Assembly: GCA_965248055.1 (NCBI GenBank)
Contig: CBDFIJ010000004.1
Location: 1,952,001-2,016,000, forward strand
Length of the DNA: 64,000 nt
Source of the DNA: Candidatus Multivoradales bacterium
GTDB lineage: Bacteria > Acidobacteriota > Thermoanaerobaculia > Multivoradales > JAHEKO01
Direction of reading: 5' to 3'
Both the position numbers and the translations under genes were made by a program. Below, piece by piece: positions 1-9,898 of this stretch; positions within the stretch are counted from its first letter, which is position 1, and every line of letters begins with the position of its first letter. Under the pieces are notes generated by a model. It was not told where the DNA came from. It did no database searches and was given only the letters and a program-made list of their open reading frames with translations.

Positions 1-190
1 CTGGGTCGCCAGCCTCATTGCTATCCAAAACTGCGGGATCGATACTCACCGACAGCAGCTGTTTGCGTCCGCTCATGGTGACGCCGACCGCGCCGCCGCC
101 CACCGAAGCTTCCACTACCAGCTGGTCCAATTCCTGTTCCATGCGCTCTTGCATTCCGCGTGCTTGTTCCATCAGTTTTTTGACGTTCAT
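1..190 (-). CDS. ybaB: YbaB/EbfC nucleoid-associated protein (3' end outside window)
   Basis: Manual translation from ATG at 190: MNVKKLMEQARGMQERMEQELDQLVVEASVGGGAVGVTMSGRKQLLSVSIDP; classic position directly downstream of dnaX. Confidence 0.92.
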   Translation of the reverse strand, partial: MNVKKLMEQARGMQERMEQELDQLVVEASVGGGAVGVTMSGRKQLLSVSIDPAVLDSNEAGDP

Positions 191-201
191 GGCTTTACGC
201 T

Positions 202-2304
202 CTACTCCTTACGCCGAGAGACCGAGGTCACCTCTCCATTGAAGATATCGAGAACCGTCTGCACCTGAGGATGACCGAGTACATCTTGGCTTGGCTCCAC
301 TCCCGGATTGCCGTTGGCTGAGCGATTCGCTGCGGGGCGAGCCGGCTCAGCCCCCTCGACCAATGTAGCGTTCGCGGATGCGCCAAGAAGCTCCCGAACC
401 GCCTCGGAAACAACCTGTTGATTCCCAGCCCGGCTCCACGCCCGCACCAAAAGCTGGTCGTCGGGCGCATGAGAAACAGATAACCGCTGTCCATCGATAG
501 ATATTTCGGCGCGCACCAGATGCGAAGCCAGAGAGGGCTTACTGGTGCGGACTAGTTCAATAAAGCGAGCGGCAACCGCTGCGGGGTCCGTGATCACTGG
601 GTCCGGGTTTTCTTCTTTGACTTCAAGAACCACATCGCCACTGGCCTCGGCGCTTTCACTTGGCTTCGACGCAGGGTCTTTGGCAGCTAAGTGTTTGAAA
701 GCCGAGTCTTCGGACGTCGGGTCTTCGAGAGGCTGGTCATCGAGAGCTTGTTCTTCGATAGGCAGCCCTTCGAGCACCGGACTCTCTCTCGGCCGGTTCT
801 CGAGAGGCGAAGTGGCGCTTGTCAAGTCTTCTGGCAGGCTTATCGGTTGTTCTTCGCTGGGGGCCGTCTTGGGGTTCTCTGGGGTCGCGTCTTGTTGTGC
901 GGCTGCGGTTTCTGCCTTCGGAGCGTCTTCGGCTGAGTTGCCCTGTGCGGCCGTCTCTGGTTCTGGCTCGCCGGAGACCGGCTCTGTGCTCTGTACTTTT
1001 TTAGGTCGTGTTTTCTTGGGAGGCACCTTCTCAAGCGGAGGCTTTTTTGAAGCGTCTTCGTTGAGACTAACCTCTGGAGAGCCAGCCTCTGGAGATTCAG
1101 GTTTGGTCTCAACCGCTGGTGAAGCGGGCGAGGATGCCTTCGCCTCAGGATCGAGTGTCGCGCTACCCCCCGATCCGCCGGGTAGGCGCCCAGACAACAA
1201 GGCCTCTATGGACGACAAACGCGGGAGCTCAGCGGCTCGCAACAACGCCAACTCGAAGGCCAAGAACGGGGAGTCGACTTGGCGCAGCAGAAGCTCACTG
1301 TCCAATAGATGTTGCACTAGGCGCAGTACGTTTTGATACCCGAGGTCTTGGACCACTGCGGTAAGCCCCTCGATTTCATCCCCGGGCAAATCAATCGATT
1401 CCACCGGCACTCCTACGGCGAGATGAAGAGCTTCCCGAGCGTAGCCAAGCAGTTCGGTATAGATCCGTCGCGGATCGCGCCCAGTGCTGCGAATCTCAGC
1501 AACCAAGGCGCTAACCGCTGCCGAGTCACCCACTGAGACCAGGGAGAAGAGTTGCGCCAGGGCGGTCAAGTCCAAGCCGCCGAGCAAACGCGCAACCTCA
1601 GAATCGTTAATCGTGCCGTCACCCAGGGTCGCCATTTGATCCAGCAACGCGACCGCGTCACGCACGCTGCCCTCTGCGGCGCGCGCGATCCTTCGCAGGC
1701 TGCCAGCCGCAGCGGAAAGCGACTCTCCTTCGCACAGATGTTCTAGGTGTGAGGTTAAAAGGTCTGCTGGCACCCGACGAAAAGAGAACTCTTGGCAACG
1801 GGACAAGATAGTTGCCGGTACCGCGTCGACATCGGTGGTGGCAAAAATAAAAACTAAATGCTCCGGCGGCTCCTCGACAATCTTGAGCAGGGCGTCAAAG
1901 GCTTGGCGTGACAACCGATGCACTTCGTCCAAGATGACGACCTTGTAGTTGCCCCCAGACGGGCCGTACTGCAAACCATCGGTCAGGTCGCGAATTTGAT
2001 CCACCTTGGAATAGGTCGCGGCGTCGACTTCAACCACATCAATCGAAGACCCAGAGGTGATTTCTTTGCAGTTCGCGCAGTTGTTGCACGGTTCGCCACC
2101 GTCGCTATCGGTGCAGTTCAAGGCCTTAGCGAGAATCCGCGCGACGCTGGTTTTGCCTACCCCGCGAATGCCCGAGAATAGATAGGCCTGAGCAATGCGC
2201 TGATCGCGCAAGGCGTTGGTTAACGCCCGAACAACCGGCTCTTGCCCAACCACCTCAGCGAACCGCTGGGGTCGAGAACGACGGGCGAGAATTTGGTAGC
2301 TCAT
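202..2304 (-). CDS. dnaX: DNA polymerase III subunit gamma/tau
   Basis: MSYQILARRSRPQRFAEVVGQ start, Walker A GIRGVGKT, Zn motif CNNCANC, DEVH, SRC motif; long low-complexity linker. Confidence 0.97.
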   Translation of the reverse strand: MSYQILARRSRPQRFAEVVGQEPVVRALTNALRDQRIAQAYLFSGIRGVGKTSVARILAKALNCTDSDGGEPCNNCANCKEITSGSSIDVVEVDAATYSKVDQIRDLTDGLQYGPSGGNYKVVILDEVHRLSRQAFDALLKIVEEPPEHLVFIFATTDVDAVPATILSRCQEFSFRRVPADLLTSHLEHLCEGESLSAAAGSLRRIARAAEGSVRDAVALLDQMATLGDGTINDSEVARLLGGLDLTALAQLFSLVSVGDSAAVSALVAEIRSTGRDPRRIYTELLGYAREALHLAVGVPVESIDLPGDEIEGLTAVVQDLGYQNVLRLVQHLLDSELLLRQVDSPFLAFELALLRAAELPRLSSIEALLSGRLPGGSGGSATLDPEAKASSPASPAVETKPESPEAGSPEVSLNEDASKKPPLEKVPPKKTRPKKVQSTEPVSGEPEPETAAQGNSAEDAPKAETAAAQQDATPENPKTAPSEEQPISLPEDLTSATSPLENRPRESPVLEGLPIEEQALDDQPLEDPTSEDSAFKHLAAKDPASKPSESAEASGDVVLEVKEENPDPVITDPAAVAARFIELVRTSKPSLASHLVRAEISIDGQRLSVSHAPDDQLLVRAWSRAGNQQVVSEAVRELLGASANATLVEGAEPARPAANRSANGNPGVEPSQDVLGHPQVQTVLDIFNGEVTSVSRRKE

Positions 2305-2347
2305 GGAGACGGAATTTTGAGTAGCAGGAGCAACGATAAAAAACCAT

Positions 2348-2482
2348 GGCCAGTGGTCGGCGAAGGGCCCCGGCTATGCTGCAGCACCCGAGCAAATCAC
2401 CTTATCGCTGCTCCCTTTCGGGCCTGACGAGGTTCGGAGCTGCCCGGCGCACAGGGCCCGAACCCTTCGCCGACCACTGGCC
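2348..2482 (-). ncRNA. ffs: Signal recognition particle RNA (4.5S)
   Basis: Minus strand contains the SRP domain IV core TCAGGCCCGAAAGGGAGCAGC; closed by a perfect 20-bp terminal helix (2348-2367/2463-2482); typical location upstream of dnaX. Confidence 0.92.
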
Positions 2483-2604
2483 GAAAACCATCGTATTCCT
2501 GCTGGCTCTGGTTGTAAAGCAAGCTGCAGCCCCGGTTTACCTTTGTGTGTGGGGGCGCGTAAGATAACCCGCCGGTCGGGTTTCGAGGTGCCGGGTTGGG
2601 CCGC

Positions 2605-3087
2605 ATGCAAGGGCACGAACCATGGATGGAACTGGCGCTCGAGCTAGCACGCCGCGCGGCGCGCGAAGGTGAAGTTCCGGTTGGGGCGGTGTTGGTTCGA
2701 GACGGGAAAGTGCTCGGCTCTGGTCGCAATCGGCGAGAGCAGAACGGTGATCCGTTGGCTCATGCGGAAATAGAGGCGATTCGCCATGCCGTCCAACGCG
2801 ACAGGGTGGAGCGCGGGTGGCGCCTGAATGGGACCACCATGTATGTAACCCTCGAACCGTGTGCGATGTGTGCCGGTGCGCTGGTCGCGGCCCGGGTCGA
2901 CGAGTTGGTTTTTGCCACCGAAGACCCGAAAGGTGGTTACTGCGGTACCTTGGGTAATCTAGTTCAAGACCCAAGGTTGAACCATCGCATGGATGTCGTA
3001 GCTGGGGTTTGTAAGGAGCAGAGTCAAGAGCTGCTGCGATCTTTTTTTGCTTCGCTTCGCGGAGCGAGAAAGAAAACGCCGAGCTAG
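2605..3087 (+). CDS. tadA: tRNA adenosine(34) deaminase
   Basis: GEVPVGAV, HAE and TLEPCAMC deaminase motifs. Confidence 0.95.
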   Translation: MQGHEPWMELALELARRAAREGEVPVGAVLVRDGKVLGSGRNRREQNGDPLAHAEIEAIRHAVQRDRVERGWRLNGTTMYVTLEPCAMCAGALVAARVDELVFATEDPKGGYCGTLGNLVQDPRLNHRMDVVAGVCKEQSQELLRSFFASLRGARKKTPS

Positions 3088-3142
3088 TTTCTCTGCCTCT
3101 TTGAGTTGGGGTTCTTTGACAACGTTGATTTACCGAGAACAC

Positions 3143-3630
<488 letters not shown>

Positions 3631-3659
3631 CTGTCTTGTGTAAATCGAGATAGGAAAAA

Positions 3660-4060
<401 letters not shown>

Positions 4061-4219
4061 CAGGCAACTGGGTGCGGCGGGGATTGACCGCAAAGCCTTG
4101 TCTCTGCTAGGTTTTGCAGTCGCCGAGTGACAATGAGTGCTTGAGCGACAATTATTGAAGACTGCCTACTAGGCGCACGAACGACAAGAAATCGAAACCA
4201 AGCTCGGAGGGACTGAGCT

Positions 4220-4354
4220 GTGAAAAGAACGTATCAGCCGAATAACCGGCGCAGAAAAAAGAAGCATGGCTTCCGGTCTCGGATGCGCACCCGGTTTGGC
4301 CGGGCAATCCTTAGGCGGCGACGTAGCAAGGGAAGAAAGCGCCTCACCGTTTAA
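4220..4354 (+). CDS. rpmH: 50S ribosomal protein L34 (not in supplied ORF track)
   Basis: Manual translation from GTG: [44 protein letters not shown]; GGAGG RBS upstream. Confidence 0.97.
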   Translation: MKRTYQPNNRRRKKKHGFRSRMRTRFGRAILRRRRSKGRKRLTV

Positions 4355-4370
4355 CGGTTGAGATCTGGAC

Positions 4371-4721
4371 TTGTCTGGCGAAGCAATTCGACGCGATCAA
4401 CGGCTAAGAAAAAAAGAACATTTTCACCGTTGCTATCGACGCGGTCGCCGAATTCAAGGTCAGTACCTTGCGGTTCACTTTGCTAGGAACGAACAACAAA
4501 GTTGTCGCATCGGGGTCACCGTAACCCGCAAAGTGGGCAACGCAGTTGTTCGTAACCGACTCAAAAGGCGAGCGCGAGAAATCTATCGACAATGGCCATT
4601 TCGGCAACAGCTTTCCGGTTTGGATCTGGTGGTGCATTTCTATCCTCAAGCGAGCAAGGCTCACTTCAAGCACGTCCAAGCAGACTTGCACCAGATCTTG
4701 ACCCGCCTCAACGAACTCTAA
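4371..4721 (+). CDS. rnpA: Ribonuclease P protein component
   Basis: RIGVTVTRKVGNAVVRNRLKRRARE motif; synteny. Confidence 0.96.
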   Translation: MSGEAIRRDQRLRKKEHFHRCYRRGRRIQGQYLAVHFARNEQQSCRIGVTVTRKVGNAVVRNRLKRRAREIYRQWPFRQQLSGLDLVVHFYPQASKAHFKHVQADLHQILTRLNEL

Positions 4722-4927
4722 TGGCAGCGATAGCTCTCGGATTGTTACGCGGCTATAAACGCTGGTTGTCGCCCTTGTTGCCCTCTGCTTGTCGTTTTCA
4801 CCCGACTTGCTCGGAGTACGCACAGATGGCAGTTGAGCAATATGGCGCTGGCAAAGGCCTGTGGAAGGCGACCGGTCGACTGTTGCGTTGCCACCCGTTT
4901 CATCCTGGGGGCGTTGACTACCCTTGA
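4721..4927 (+). CDS. yidD: Membrane protein insertion efficiency factor
   Basis: YKRWLSPLLPSACRFHPTCSEYA...RCHPFHPGGVDYP; ATG overlaps rnpA stop. Confidence 0.95.
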   Translation: MAAIALGLLRGYKRWLSPLLPSACRFHPTCSEYAQMAVEQYGAGKGLWKATGRLLRCHPFHPGGVDYP

Positions 4928-4969
4928 TCACTGGCGAAGAAATTCGACGGCAAATAAGAGAGCACTACA

Positions 4970-6745
4970 TTGGATCAAAAAAGACTACTCATAGCGGCGA
5001 TTCTTTCGCTGGTGGTGTTGTTCGGCTGGCAGGCGCTTTTCCCGCCGGTTGACCCGGCGATCGTTGATCCAGCGGCCGAGGTTTCCGAGGGAACCCCAGC
5101 GAAAAACGAGCCAGAAACGGACCCGATCAACGACCTGACGCCCAGCCCGCAGCCCGAGGCGTCTCAATCTGCAACCGACACTTCGCTGGAGATCTCGGAG
5201 TTGACTCTGGGGCCGTTTGTCGATGAGAGCGTCGCCCAGTTTCCAGTTCGCGCTGGTGATCGTGAGCAGGTGGTGGTGATTGAGTCCGGCTCCCACCGCG
5301 CGGAGTTCACCAACCGTGGTGGCGTACTGCAGCACTACACGCTCCTGGATCGCGAAGAGACCGGAGGCGGTGAACTGGATTTGGTTCGTCGTCGAGAAGG
5401 CGGCTTGATGCCGTTTGCTTTGGTCGATGAACTAGGACAGCCGATGGCGGCAAACAACGAGCTGTTCGATGTAGAGAAGGGTTCCGACTGGGTTCGCCTG
5501 ATGTTTTCCGACGGCAACCAGCGAGTCGAAAAACACTGGCAGTTGTTAGCGGAGGGGGAGCTCTCTTTTAGCGTTTCAGTCTCAGGAGCGGAAAACTGGG
5601 GCTGGCACCTGGGCCCCGGCGTAAGGAACCCACCGGAAGCCGAGTCCAAGAGTCGGATGATGCGCCGCAATGCGGTTTACTACGCTGCGGACAAAGTCGA
5701 AACGATTACTTCAAGGAAGGCTACTGCGCCGGTGAGCCTAGCTGCTACCGGGGCCTCCTGGTTCGGAATTGCTGACAACTACTTTCTCGCCGCGGTGATC
5801 CCAGAGACTAAGTCTGGAGAATTTCGTTTCGTGCCCTTTCGCAGCACCGCCGGAAACAGCGGAAGTGGTATCTGGGTGGCACCAGGGCCAGTTTTTGAGG
5901 CCACCTCTGCAGAGTCAACCGAGTGGGGGGCCTGGGTTTTTCCTGCCGCAGAAACCTGGGATGGAAAGCTCTACCTGGGTACCAAAACCTTGTCACAACT
6001 CAAGGCGGTTGCCCCGGGTCTTGAGAAAACGGTGCATACGGGTTACTTGAAAATCCTAGCCCATCCGCTGCACTTGGCGCTGCTTTGGATCCATGACCAC
6101 ATCGTCGCCAACTACGGTTGGTCGATTGTCTTGCTCACCTTGTTGATGCGCATCTTGTTGTTTCCATTAACCCACAAGAGCGCGGTTTCGATGCGCAAGA
6201 TGCAAGCGCTGAATCCTCGAATTCAAAGCATCAAGGGTAAGTATCGACCCAAGTTGAAGGACAAACAAGGTCGACCCAACGTTGAGATGCAACGCAAGAT
6301 GAACGAAGAGGTCATGGGGTTGTACAAATCTGAAGGCGCCAACCCGGCCGGTGGCTGTCTGCCGATGTTGTTGCAGATGCCGGTATTTATTGCCTTTTAC
6401 AGCATGCTGCCGGTGGCGGTGGAACTACGCAACGCGCCGTGGATGCTGTGGATCAAAGACCTCTCGATGCCGGATCCTTTGTACGCGCTGCCGATCATTA
6501 TGGGCGCGAGCCAGTTGATCATGCAGCGACTGATGCCCTCGACTGGCGACAAAGCCCAGCAGAGAATTATGCTGATCATGCCGATCTTCTTTACCTTTAT
6601 GTTCCTCAAGTTTGCCGCTGGCTTGGTGCTGTACTGGTTAACCGGCAACCTGCTTGGAATCGGCCAACAACTTTTGACCAATCGACTTCTTGGCCCGCCG
6701 CTGAGCTCCCAAAGCGATAGCGCTGCCAAGAAGAAGCCTGCCTAA
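4970..6745 (+). CDS. yidC: Membrane protein insertase YidC
   Basis: N-terminal TM, periplasmic domain, NYGWSIVLLT, GGCLPMLLQMPVF, LYW motifs. Confidence 0.96.
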   Translation: MDQKRLLIAAILSLVVLFGWQALFPPVDPAIVDPAAEVSEGTPAKNEPETDPINDLTPSPQPEASQSATDTSLEISELTLGPFVDESVAQFPVRAGDREQVVVIESGSHRAEFTNRGGVLQHYTLLDREETGGGELDLVRRREGGLMPFALVDELGQPMAANNELFDVEKGSDWVRLMFSDGNQRVEKHWQLLAEGELSFSVSVSGAENWGWHLGPGVRNPPEAESKSRMMRRNAVYYAADKVETITSRKATAPVSLAATGASWFGIADNYFLAAVIPETKSGEFRFVPFRSTAGNSGSGIWVAPGPVFEATSAESTEWGAWVFPAAETWDGKLYLGTKTLSQLKAVAPGLEKTVHTGYLKILAHPLHLALLWIHDHIVANYGWSIVLLTLLMRILLFPLTHKSAVSMRKMQALNPRIQSIKGKYRPKLKDKQGRPNVEMQRKMNEEVMGLYKSEGANPAGGCLPMLLQMPVFIAFYSMLPVAVELRNAPWMLWIKDLSMPDPLYALPIIMGASQLIMQRLMPSTGDKAQQRIMLIMPIFFTFMFLKFAAGLVLYWLTGNLLGIGQQLLTNRLLGPPLSSQSDSAAKKKPA

Positions 6746-6765
6746 CTAAGAATAGGAATCAAGCA

Positions 6766-7959
6766 ATGACAGAGCGCAGATATTTTTCCGGCAATAGCAT
6801 TGAGCAGGCGGTGATGAGCGCCGCCCGCCACTACAAGGTCGACCCCAAGAATTTGTCGTACAAGGAAATGGAAAAAAAGCACGGCTTCGTCAAGACGCGC
6901 CGAGGGGTAGTGATTGAAGTGGATCCGAGCAATCCACGCAAGCCCTTGAGCGATGAAGAGGCATACCAGCGTGCGATGAAGATGGACCCCGAAGCGCACT
7001 TGGGTCGCGACCCACAGGATCCGAGTTACGTCACCGACCCCTCGCAGCCGTCGCGACGTCGGCAACGGAGACCTTCCCGACCCCGGACCGGTGGTTCGAA
7101 TCAAGCTAACGCCGAGAGTTCAAGGCCGCCACGGAAGGAAGCGAAACGAGACCAGCGCGAGGTGCAGCCTCGCAGCAACGGGGATCGGGCGAGCAGGGAT
7201 CGAGGCAGGCAAGCTCAAGCTGGGCGAGATCAGAGTAGACCCAGTCACAACGGCCGAGACCAAGGCAACACCCACAGGAGTCGCGACGTCGAGGGGGGTG
7301 CTCGCAATCAACGAGATCGAGCACCACAAGAGCCAAGGACCCAGGAATCAAGGACCCAGGAACCCCGGAATCAGGAACCGAGCACTCAAGAGTCGAAGGT
7401 CCAACAACCTCAAGGACGGCAAGCGGAAATGCGCCCGGAGCGCCAGCCGGAAATGCCCCGGCGAGTGATCACTTCAACCACATCGGTCGCCCGGACTAAG
7501 CCGGAAGCGCAGGGTCCAGCCGCCGAGGCAGCACATTCTGGAATCACCAGCCTGCTCGGGCTTGCCGGGCTAGACCTACAGATAAAAGTGCATCAAGGTG
7601 AGGATCGACTCGAGGTCGACCTCGCTGGAGTCGACGAAAAGAGGGTCACCCAACGTGGTGGTGAGCCCTTGGCAGCCTTGCAGCAGTTGATGCCGAGCCT
7701 GATCCGTTCGGAAACCGGCGAGCGGGTATTTTGTCGCGTCGATTGCGACGGCTTTCACGAAATCCAAGAAGAACGGCTCCGCGATTTGGCCCAACGGGTC
7801 GCGGGCAAGGTTGGACGTGGACAACGGGCCCAAGTTTTGGAGTCGATGCCGCCAGCGGAGCGACGCATTGTCCACATGACCTTGGCCGATGACCCTGCGG
7901 TGTCGACCGAGAGTCTCGGCAATGGCTACTTCAAACGAATTCGGGTATCGCCGGTTTAG
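6766..7959 (+). CDS. jag: Jag/EloR/KhpB RNA-binding protein (Jag_N, KH, R3H)
   Basis: Jag N-terminal domain, disordered linker, C-terminal R3H (MPPAERRIVH); follows yidC. Confidence 0.88.
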   Translation: MTERRYFSGNSIEQAVMSAARHYKVDPKNLSYKEMEKKHGFVKTRRGVVIEVDPSNPRKPLSDEEAYQRAMKMDPEAHLGRDPQDPSYVTDPSQPSRRRQRRPSRPRTGGSNQANAESSRPPRKEAKRDQREVQPRSNGDRASRDRGRQAQAGRDQSRPSHNGRDQGNTHRSRDVEGGARNQRDRAPQEPRTQESRTQEPRNQEPSTQESKVQQPQGRQAEMRPERQPEMPRRVITSTTSVARTKPEAQGPAAEAAHSGITSLLGLAGLDLQIKVHQGEDRLEVDLAGVDEKRVTQRGGEPLAALQQLMPSLIRSETGERVFCRVDCDGFHEIQEERLRDLAQRVAGKVGRGQRAQVLESMPPAERRIVHMTLADDPAVSTESLGNGYFKRIRVSPV

Positions 7960-7984
7960 CCCGCGAGTGCCCCTTGGAGCACCT

Positions 7985-8641
7985 TCAGCTTTTGGCGCGG
8001 CGGTAACAGCGCAACGCGCGCTGGCCGGCCAAGGTGACAGTTTTCTGCCATTGCCAATCGGGATGGTTGGGCTCAGCTCCCTCGCCCCAGGCCAACCAAC
8101 AGGCTTCTGGAACCAAGAGATCCTCTAGTGAGCGCTGATAAGACTCGACCCGGATTGCACGCGCGGTGAAAGCTGCAAAGCGTCGACCGAGAGAGCCTTC
8201 TGTGATGTCGCTGCCATCCCAGTGTCCTGACACGATTCGGCATTGAGGGAGCTCCATCGCCGCCGCCGCTTGGCGTAGGAAAGCGACCTTGCGTTCACGG
8301 GCTTCGAGCAAAACAAATTCTTGGTCGGGGCGACAAGCAGCCAGGACTAAGCCGGGAAAACCCCCTCCAGAACCGAAGTCGAGAACCGGACCCTGCGGCA
8401 GCAGCGGCAACCCGGCCAAAGATTCTCCGTAATGGCGCGCCGGAGCTTGATCTACCGAGCCACGACCAATCAACCCAACCGTGGGGTTCCAGCGGCGGAG
8501 TAACCGGTAATGGACGAAAAGGCGTCTCCAGATTGCCTCGTGGAGTTCGATCCCAGGGGTGAGAAAAGAAGAGCTCTCGGCCAAAATAGTTTGGCGAAAT
8601 TCACCAAAACCAAGACCCGGAAGACTGCGCTCAGGGTTCAC
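7985..8641 (-). CDS. rsmG: 16S rRNA m7G527 methyltransferase
   Basis: WN..L, RHYGESL, LDFGSGGGFPG, EARERKVAFL, TARA motifs. Confidence 0.9.
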   Translation of the reverse strand: MNPERSLPGLGFGEFRQTILAESSSFLTPGIELHEAIWRRLFVHYRLLRRWNPTVGLIGRGSVDQAPARHYGESLAGLPLLPQGPVLDFGSGGGFPGLVLAACRPDQEFVLLEARERKVAFLRQAAAAMELPQCRIVSGHWDGSDITEGSLGRRFAAFTARAIRVESYQRSLEDLLVPEACWLAWGEGAEPNHPDWQWQKTVTLAGQRALRCYRRAKS

Positions 8642-8645
8642 TTAC

Positions 8646-8978
8646 CTAGACTCCGTAGTTCTCTTTCATGGCGCGGAAACGCAGAAACGACTTGGCGTCC
8701 AAGTCTTCGGATAGGTGGCTGTCAAGAATCGGCATCAAGTCCTCTCGCAGACAAACCCCGCGAGCCATCCACTGATAGTAACTGCGCCCCCCGTGATGGT
8801 AGGGACCATAAAGCTTGGATCTGGGGAAGCGGGTCTCCAACCAACGGAACAGCGCTTCGTGGTCGGTGTGCATGCGTAAGGTCACTTGAGGTTGGCGGCC
8901 ATCCCCGCCGAAATGACCCTCGCCGACCAATATTCCCACCAAGAAGCCACGGTCAAACTCTGAAAGCGGTAATTGCAT
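8646..8978 (-). CDS. Small single-motif LAGLIDADG-like protein
   Basis: GFLVGILVGEGHF matches the LAGLIDADG helix; GGAG RBS; ends 4 bp before the rsmG start. Confidence 0.72.
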   Translation of the reverse strand: MQLPLSEFDRGFLVGILVGEGHFGGDGRQPQVTLRMHTDHEALFRWLETRFPRSKLYGPYHHGGRSYYQWMARGVCLREDLMPILDSHLSEDLDAKSFLRFRAMKENYGV

Positions 8979-9036
8979 GGGTCTCCATCGCCTAAATTAA
9001 GTTCGCCCACTGTCAGGCGAAGTTGTTTCACCGTCA

Positions 9037-9052
9037 AGTTTCCCGTGAAACA
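9037..9052. promoter_or_regulatory. parS centromere-like site
   Basis: AGTTTCCCGTGAAACA, 14/16 match to TGTTTCACGTGAAACA, just upstream of parA; extra half site TGTTTCAC at 9024-9031. Confidence 0.82.
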
Positions 9053-9133
9053 AACGGCAGGTCAAGAACTTGCTTGGTCGGTGCTAAAGTGGCCGCTCGC
9101 CGTGAGTCAGACAAGGCGAACCGGGGAGGACTC

Positions 9134-9898
9134 TTGAGCCGTACTGTTGCAATCGCGAACCAAAAAGGTGGAGTGGGAAAAACCACCACCAGCGTCAACT
9201 TGGCTGGCGCCTTGGCGGTCTTCGAGCGCCGTGTTCTGTTGGTTGACTGTGACCCCCAAGGTAACGCTTCACGCGGTCTGAGGATAGAGGTCGAGCCTGC
9301 GGGAACTGGGCTCTACGAGGTGATGCGCGGAGAGATCTCAGCCCAGGATTGCATTCGACAGACTTCTCTGGAGACCCTTTCGGTTCTTCCGGCAAATCGC
9401 GACTTGGTGGGAATCGAAGTTGAGTTTGCTGGTGCTAGTCAATGGCACTTGCGTCTGCGCGATGCTCTACTGCCGGTCGTTTCGCGCTACGATCACGTGT
9501 TGCTAGACTGTCCTCCTTCGCTCGGTCATTTGACAGTCTCCGCGCTTTCCGCCGCCAACGGGGTTTTGGTTCCGCTGCAATGTGAGTACTACGCGCTCGA
9601 AGGAGTAACCGAGCTCCTAGGCACCTTGGGCCGGATCCGCGAAACTTTGAATCCGCAGTTGTCGATTGCCGGGATCTTGCTCACCATGTACGACGAGCGG
9701 ACCAACCTCTCCAAAGATGTGGCGACTGAGGTGCGCAAACATTTTCCAGGGCAGGTCTACAACACGGTGATTCCCCGCAATGTTCGACTGGCTGAAGCTC
9801 CGAGTCACGGAGTTTCGGTTTTTGAATACGACGTTGCCAGTAGAGGAGCGCAGGCATATCTTGCTTTGGCGCAGGAGTTCATGAGGAGAGCAGTATGA
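9134..9898 (+). CDS. parA: ParA/Soj ATPase
   Basis: NQKGGVGKTT deviant Walker A, DCPPSLG, IPRNVRLAEAPS; TTG start after GGAGGA. Confidence 0.96.
   Translation: MSRTVAIANQKGGVGKTTTSVNLAGALAVFERRVLLVDCDPQGNASRGLRIEVEPAGTGLYEVMRGEISAQDCIRQTSLETLSVLPANRDLVGIEVEFAGASQWHLRLRDALLPVVSRYDHVLLDCPPSLGHLTVSALSAANGVLVPLQCEYYALEGVTELLGTLGRIRETLNPQLSIAGILLTMYDERTNLSKDVATEVRKHFPGQVYNTVIPRNVRLAEAPSHGVSVFEYDVASRGAQAYLALAQEFMRRAV

Noticed and set aside
7320-7400. 15-bp tandem repeats in jag (QEPRT/QESRT/QEPRN)
   Set aside because: In-frame low-complexity linker expansion, common in Jag proteins
8642-9022. Group I intron or intein hosting the LAGLIDADG ORF
   Set aside because: Flanking genes are uninterrupted, there is no room for an intron core, and no intein splice residues are evident
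9023-9133. N-terminal extension of ParA given by the ORF track
   Set aside because: It overlaps parS, and a better start (TTG at 9134 after GGAGGA) matches normal Soj length
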